Assembly: GCA_964404395.1 (NCBI GenBank)
Contig: CAYOKA010000003.1
Coordinates: forward strand, 1 to 42,579
DNA length: 42,579 nucleotides
Direction of reading: 5' to 3'
DNA from: an uncultured Oscillospiraceae bacterium
Lineage (GTDB): Bacteria; Bacillota; Clostridia; Acetivibrionales; DTU013
A model generated the notes under the pieces. It was not told the origin of the DNA, did no database searches, and saw only the letters and a list, made by a program, of their open reading frames with translations. Below are positions 37,719 to 42,579 of this stretch, piece after piece (position 1 is the first letter of the stretch; the number at the start of each line of letters is the position of its first letter). The position numbers and the translations under genes were made by a program.

Positions 37719-40700
37719 ATGGTACATCCCGTACAACTGGGCCGAAATACAAGGATGAGTTTTTCCAGAATCAATGAGGTTCTGGAGATGCCCAATCTGA
37801 TTGAGGTACAGAAGAACTCTTACAGATGGTTTCTGGAAGAGGGGCTTCGAGAGGTATTTAGGGACGTGTCGCCGATTCAGGATTATACCGGCAACCTGAT
37901 ACTGGAGTTTCCGGACTATAAGCTCGAGGATGATAACCCAAAGTACAGTGTTGAGGAATGCAAGGAAAGAGATACTACATACTCGGCACCTCTTAAGGTT
38001 AAAGTTCGTCTGATTAATAAGGAAACCGGCGAGGTGAAGGAACAAGAAATCTTTATGGGTGATTTTCCTTTGATGACTGAGAATGGAACCTTTGTCATTA
38101 ATGGTGCCGAAAGAGTTGTTGTCAGTCAACTTGTTAGATCGCCCGGTATTTATTTCTCAAAGAAGCTGGACAAAACCGGAAAGAATCTCTATTCCGCTAC
38201 GGTAATCCCAAACCGCGGCGCATGGCTGGAATATGAGACCGATTCGAATGATGTGATGTATGTCAGAATTGACAGAACCAGAAAGTTACCTATTACTGTT
38301 GTGCTTCGTGCGCTTGGTTACGGAACTGATCTGGCTATTACAGAATTGCTCGGTGAGAGCGATAGAATCCTGGCCACGATTCAAAAAGACAGTGCCAAGA
38401 CTACTGACGAGGGTTTGATTGAGATATACAAAAGGCTCAGGCCGGGTGAACCGCCGACGGTTGAAAGCGCGACCACTCTTTTGAACAACTTATTCTTTGA
38501 CCCGAAGAGATATGATCTTGCAAAGTTCGGGAGATTTAAGTTTAATAAAAAGCTATCTCTTGCGTCAAGAATCATGGGACACAAGGCGGTAGAAAAAATT
38601 ATTAACCCCGAAACGGGAGAGATAATTATTGATGAAGATGTGGTAATTGACAGAGAAAAATCCAAGGAGATACAAAATGCGGGAATCAATTCCGTCTATC
38701 TTGATATTGAAGGACAAAGGGTCAGAGTTATCGGTAACGGCACAGTTGATCTTGGCGCTTTCGTTGATTTTGATACATCGGATACGGGGATTACCGAGAA
38801 GGTCTGCTTACGCACTCTGAAGGAGCTCATGGATGAGAACGAAGCGGAAGAGGACTTGAAGAAGGCTATAATAGACAATGTCGATAAATTGGTACCGAAG
38901 CATATTACAGCTGAGGATATTATTGCATCTATTAACTATCTGGTCCATGTAAATTACGAAGTAGGTTCGGATGATGATATAGATCATCTTGGAAACAGAA
39001 GACTGCGCTGTGTTGGCGAGCTTCTGCAAAACCAATTTAGAATAGGTCTGTCAAGAATGGAAAGAGTGGTTAGAGAAAGAATGACCATTCAGGATATTGA
39101 TATTGTTACACCTCAGGCTCTGATTAATATCAGACCAGTGGCAGCTTCTATTAAGGAGTTTTTTGGGAGCAGCCAGCTGTCTCAGTTTATGGATCAGACA
39201 AATCCGCTGGCGGAGCTGACCCACAAGAGAAGACTGAGCGCACTGGGGCCGGGAGGCCTTAGCAGGGAAAGGGCGGGCTTTGAGGTGCGTGACGTCCATT
39301 ATTCCCATTATGGCCGCATGTGCCCAATAGAGACGCCTGAAGGACCCAATATTGGATTGATTGGCTCCTTGAGCACTTATGCACGAATTAATGAATATGG
39401 ATTTATTGAGGCTCCCTATAGGAGAGTTGACAGAAAGAAGGGAGCGGTTTCGGATACGATTGACTATCTTACAGCGGATGAGGAGGATTTGTTTATTATA
39501 GCTCAGGCCAACGAGCTGCTGGATGAAGAAAGCAGATTTAAGGACAGGAAGATACTGTGCAGATATAAGGACGATATCCTTGAGGTGGAAAGTGACCGTG
39601 TGGATTACATGGATGTATCGCCTAAGCAGCTTGTTTCTGTTGCAACGGCCATGATTCCCTTCCTTGAGAATGACGACGCAAACCGTGCTTTGATGGGTTC
39701 AAATATGCAACGTCAGGCGGTGCCTTTGATTAAACCGCATGCTCCGCTTATAGGGACAGGTATAGAATACAAGGCGGCAAGGGATTCCGGAACAGTAGTA
39801 CTGGCACGCAATCCGGGTACGGTTGAAAAGGTTTATGCAGATGAGATAGTAGTGCGTGTAAAGGGTGGTAAAAAGGATTCCTATAAGCTTTTAAAATATA
39901 CCAGATCTAACCAGGGCACATGTATAAATCAAAGACCTTTGGTTAAGAAGGGTGATGTCCTGGAAGTAGGCGATGTGATTGCCGATGGGCCATCTACGGA
40001 TAAGGGTGAGATTGCGCTTGGGAAGAATGTACTCTTAGGGTTTATGACCTGGGAGGGCTACAATTACGAGGATGCTATCCTAATCAGTGAGAAGCTGGTG
40101 AAGGATGATGTGTTTACCTCTATTCATATTGAGGAATATGAGGCGGAGGCCAGAGATACGAAGCTGGGCCCTGAGGAAATTACCCGTGACATACCTAATG
40201 TCAGCGAAGATTCTCTTAAGGATCTTGACGATAGGGGAATTATCAGAATAGGTGCTGAGGTAAGAGCTGGAGATGTCCTTGTGGGTAAGGTTACGCCAAA
40301 GGGTGAAACAGAGTTGACAGCTGAAGAAAGGCTATTGAGAGCCATATTCGGTGAAAAGGCCAGAGAAGTGAGGGATACCTCGCTAAGGGTTCCCCATGGA
40401 GAATCCGGTATTATTGTTGATGTTAAGGTGTTTACCAGAGAGAACGGTGATGAGCTGCCGCCGGGGGTTAATCAGCTTGTCAGGTGCTATATAGCGCAGA
40501 AGAGAAAGGTATCCGTAGGAGATAAGATGGCCGGCAGACATGGTAACAAAGGTGTTATTTCCAGGGTGCTACCGGAAGAGGATATGCCTTTCCTTCCTGA
40601 TGGCACGCCCCTTGAGATTGTACTAAATCCTCTGGGTGTTCCTTCTCGTATGAATATCGGTCAGGTACTGGAGGTTCATCTTGGCTATGCGGCAAAAGCA

Positions 40701-41456
40701 TTGGGATGGCAAATTGCCACACCTGTATTTGACGGCGCCATAGAGCAGGATATCATTGATACGCTTCAGAAGGCCGGGCTGGCTGAAGACGGGAAATCTG
40801 TACTTTATGATGGCAGAACGGGAGAGGCCTTTGAAGACCGGGTAACTGTCGGATATATGTATATACTTAAGCTTGCTCATCTTGTCGACGACAAGATCCA
40901 TGCCCGTTCAACAGGCCCTTATTCACTTGTGACACAGCAGCCTCTTGGCGGTAAGGCGCAGTTTGGCGGTCAGAGATTTGGAGAGATGGAAGTGTGGGCT
41001 CTTGAAGCATACGGAGCTTCATATACACTACAGGAGATTCTCACGGTCAAGTCAGATGATGTGGTTGGTAGAGTTAAGACCTACGAATCCATCGTCAAGG
41101 GAGAGAATATTCCGGAGCCGGGAATCCCTGAATCGTTCAAGGTATTGATAAAGGAGCTTCAGAGTCTGGCTCTTGATGTTAAGGTCTTTTCTGAAGAACG
41201 TGAAGAAATCGCCATTAAGGAATCCGCAGATGACGATATGGAAGAGCTTAACGTAAATATCGAGGGACGTGAGGATGAGGTAATCGGCAATGGTTTCGAA
41301 GAAATCACGGAAGAATTGATAGACGACGGGGATATTGATGACTTTGATATCGGTGAGATCATAGCTTCTGATGGAAATATTGATGACACGCTTGGGGATG
41401 ATTTGTTCTCCGAGGATGAGAATTTTGGCGAAAACCTGGACGATGAAGATTTTTAG
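37719..41456 (+). CDS. rpoB: DNA-directed RNA polymerase subunit beta
   Basis: 1245 aa with conserved blocks throughout ([58 protein letters not shown]). GAGGTG lies upstream. Confidence 0.99.
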   Translation: MVHPVQLGRNTRMSFSRINEVLEMPNLIEVQKNSYRWFLEEGLREVFRDVSPIQDYTGNLILEFPDYKLEDDNPKYSVEECKERDTTYSAPLKVKVRLINKETGEVKEQEIFMGDFPLMTENGTFVINGAERVVVSQLVRSPGIYFSKKLDKTGKNLYSATVIPNRGAWLEYETDSNDVMYVRIDRTRKLPITVVLRALGYGTDLAITELLGESDRILATIQKDSAKTTDEGLIEIYKRLRPGEPPTVESATTLLNNLFFDPKRYDLAKFGRFKFNKKLSLASRIMGHKAVEKIINPETGEIIIDEDVVIDREKSKEIQNAGINSVYLDIEGQRVRVIGNGTVDLGAFVDFDTSDTGITEKVCLRTLKELMDENEAEEDLKKAIIDNVDKLVPKHITAEDIIASINYLVHVNYEVGSDDDIDHLGNRRLRCVGELLQNQFRIGLSRMERVVRERMTIQDIDIVTPQALINIRPVAASIKEFFGSSQLSQFMDQTNPLAELTHKRRLSALGPGGLSRERAGFEVRDVHYSHYGRMCPIETPEGPNIGLIGSLSTYARINEYGFIEAPYRRVDRKKGAVSDTIDYLTADEEDLFIIAQANELLDEESRFKDRKILCRYKDDILEVESDRVDYMDVSPKQLVSVATAMIPFLENDDANRALMGSNMQRQAVPLIKPHAPLIGTGIEYKAARDSGTVVLARNPGTVEKVYADEIVVRVKGGKKDSYKLLKYTRSNQGTCINQRPLVKKGDVLEVGDVIADGPSTDKGEIALGKNVLLGFMTWEGYNYEDAILISEKLVKDDVFTSIHIEEYEAEARDTKLGPEEITRDIPNVSEDSLKDLDDRGIIRIGAEVRAGDVLVGKVTPKGETELTAEERLLRAIFGEKAREVRDTSLRVPHGESGIIVDVKVFTRENGDELPPGVNQLVRCYIAQKRKVSVGDKMAGRHGNKGVISRVLPEEDMPFLPDGTPLEIVLNPLGVPSRMNIGQVLEVHLGYAAKALGWQIATPVFDGAIEQDIIDTLQKAGLAEDGKSVLYDGRTGEAFEDRVTVGYMYILKLAHLVDDKIHARSTGPYSLVTQQPLGGKAQFGGQRFGEMEVWALEAYGASYTLQEILTVKSDDVVGRVKTYESIVKGENIPEPGIPESFKVLIKELQSLALDVKVFSEEREEIAIKESADDDMEELNVNIEGREDEVIGNGFEEITEELIDDGDIDDFDIGEIIASDGNIDDTLGDDLFSEDENFGENLDDEDF

Positions 41457-42579
<1,123 letters not shown>

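Overview
This is a 42.6-kb chromosomal window from a Firmicutes (Clostridia-like) genome, judging by the CIRCE operator, the HisZ plus short-form HisG pair, the split transketolase, the L10 leader and the rpmG-secE-nusG-rplKAJL-rpoBC gene order. Every credible gene lies on the + strand. From left to right it contains: a histidine operon (hisZGDC, a 172-nt gap, then hisB-A-F-IE, with no hisH); groES-groEL behind a perfect CIRCE; a small membrane protein; an MgtC-family gene; a P-type (Ca2+-type) ATPase; a two-gene AT-rich islet; a four-gene GldA/F/G-like ABC module with a DUF4340-like partner; YkvI-like, beta-propeller-like and CvpA membrane proteins; ilvD-ilvB; a GntR-controlled cluster (split transketolase, Zn-dehydrogenase, garR); and the conserved rpmG-secE-nusG-rplK-rplA-(L10 leader)-rplJ-rplL-rpoB-rpoC(partial) block. 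The AT-rich islet (14.5-16.8 kb) is the only clearly accessory segment. It encodes an AAA_21/ABC-type ATPase overlapping an RloB-like (Toprim-like) protein, an architecture resembling AbiL, OLD and PARIS systems. A roughly 230-nt GC-rich, strongly self-complementary element follows the second gene and sits before the first terminator, so it may be a co-transcribed structured RNA. I consider this ATPase / RloB-like / RNA-like module the best candidate for an uncharacterised defence-type system. I found no rRNA, bona fide tRNA, CRISPR array, transposase or integrase. All family assignments rest on motif recognition by eye and need HMM or BLAST confirmation.
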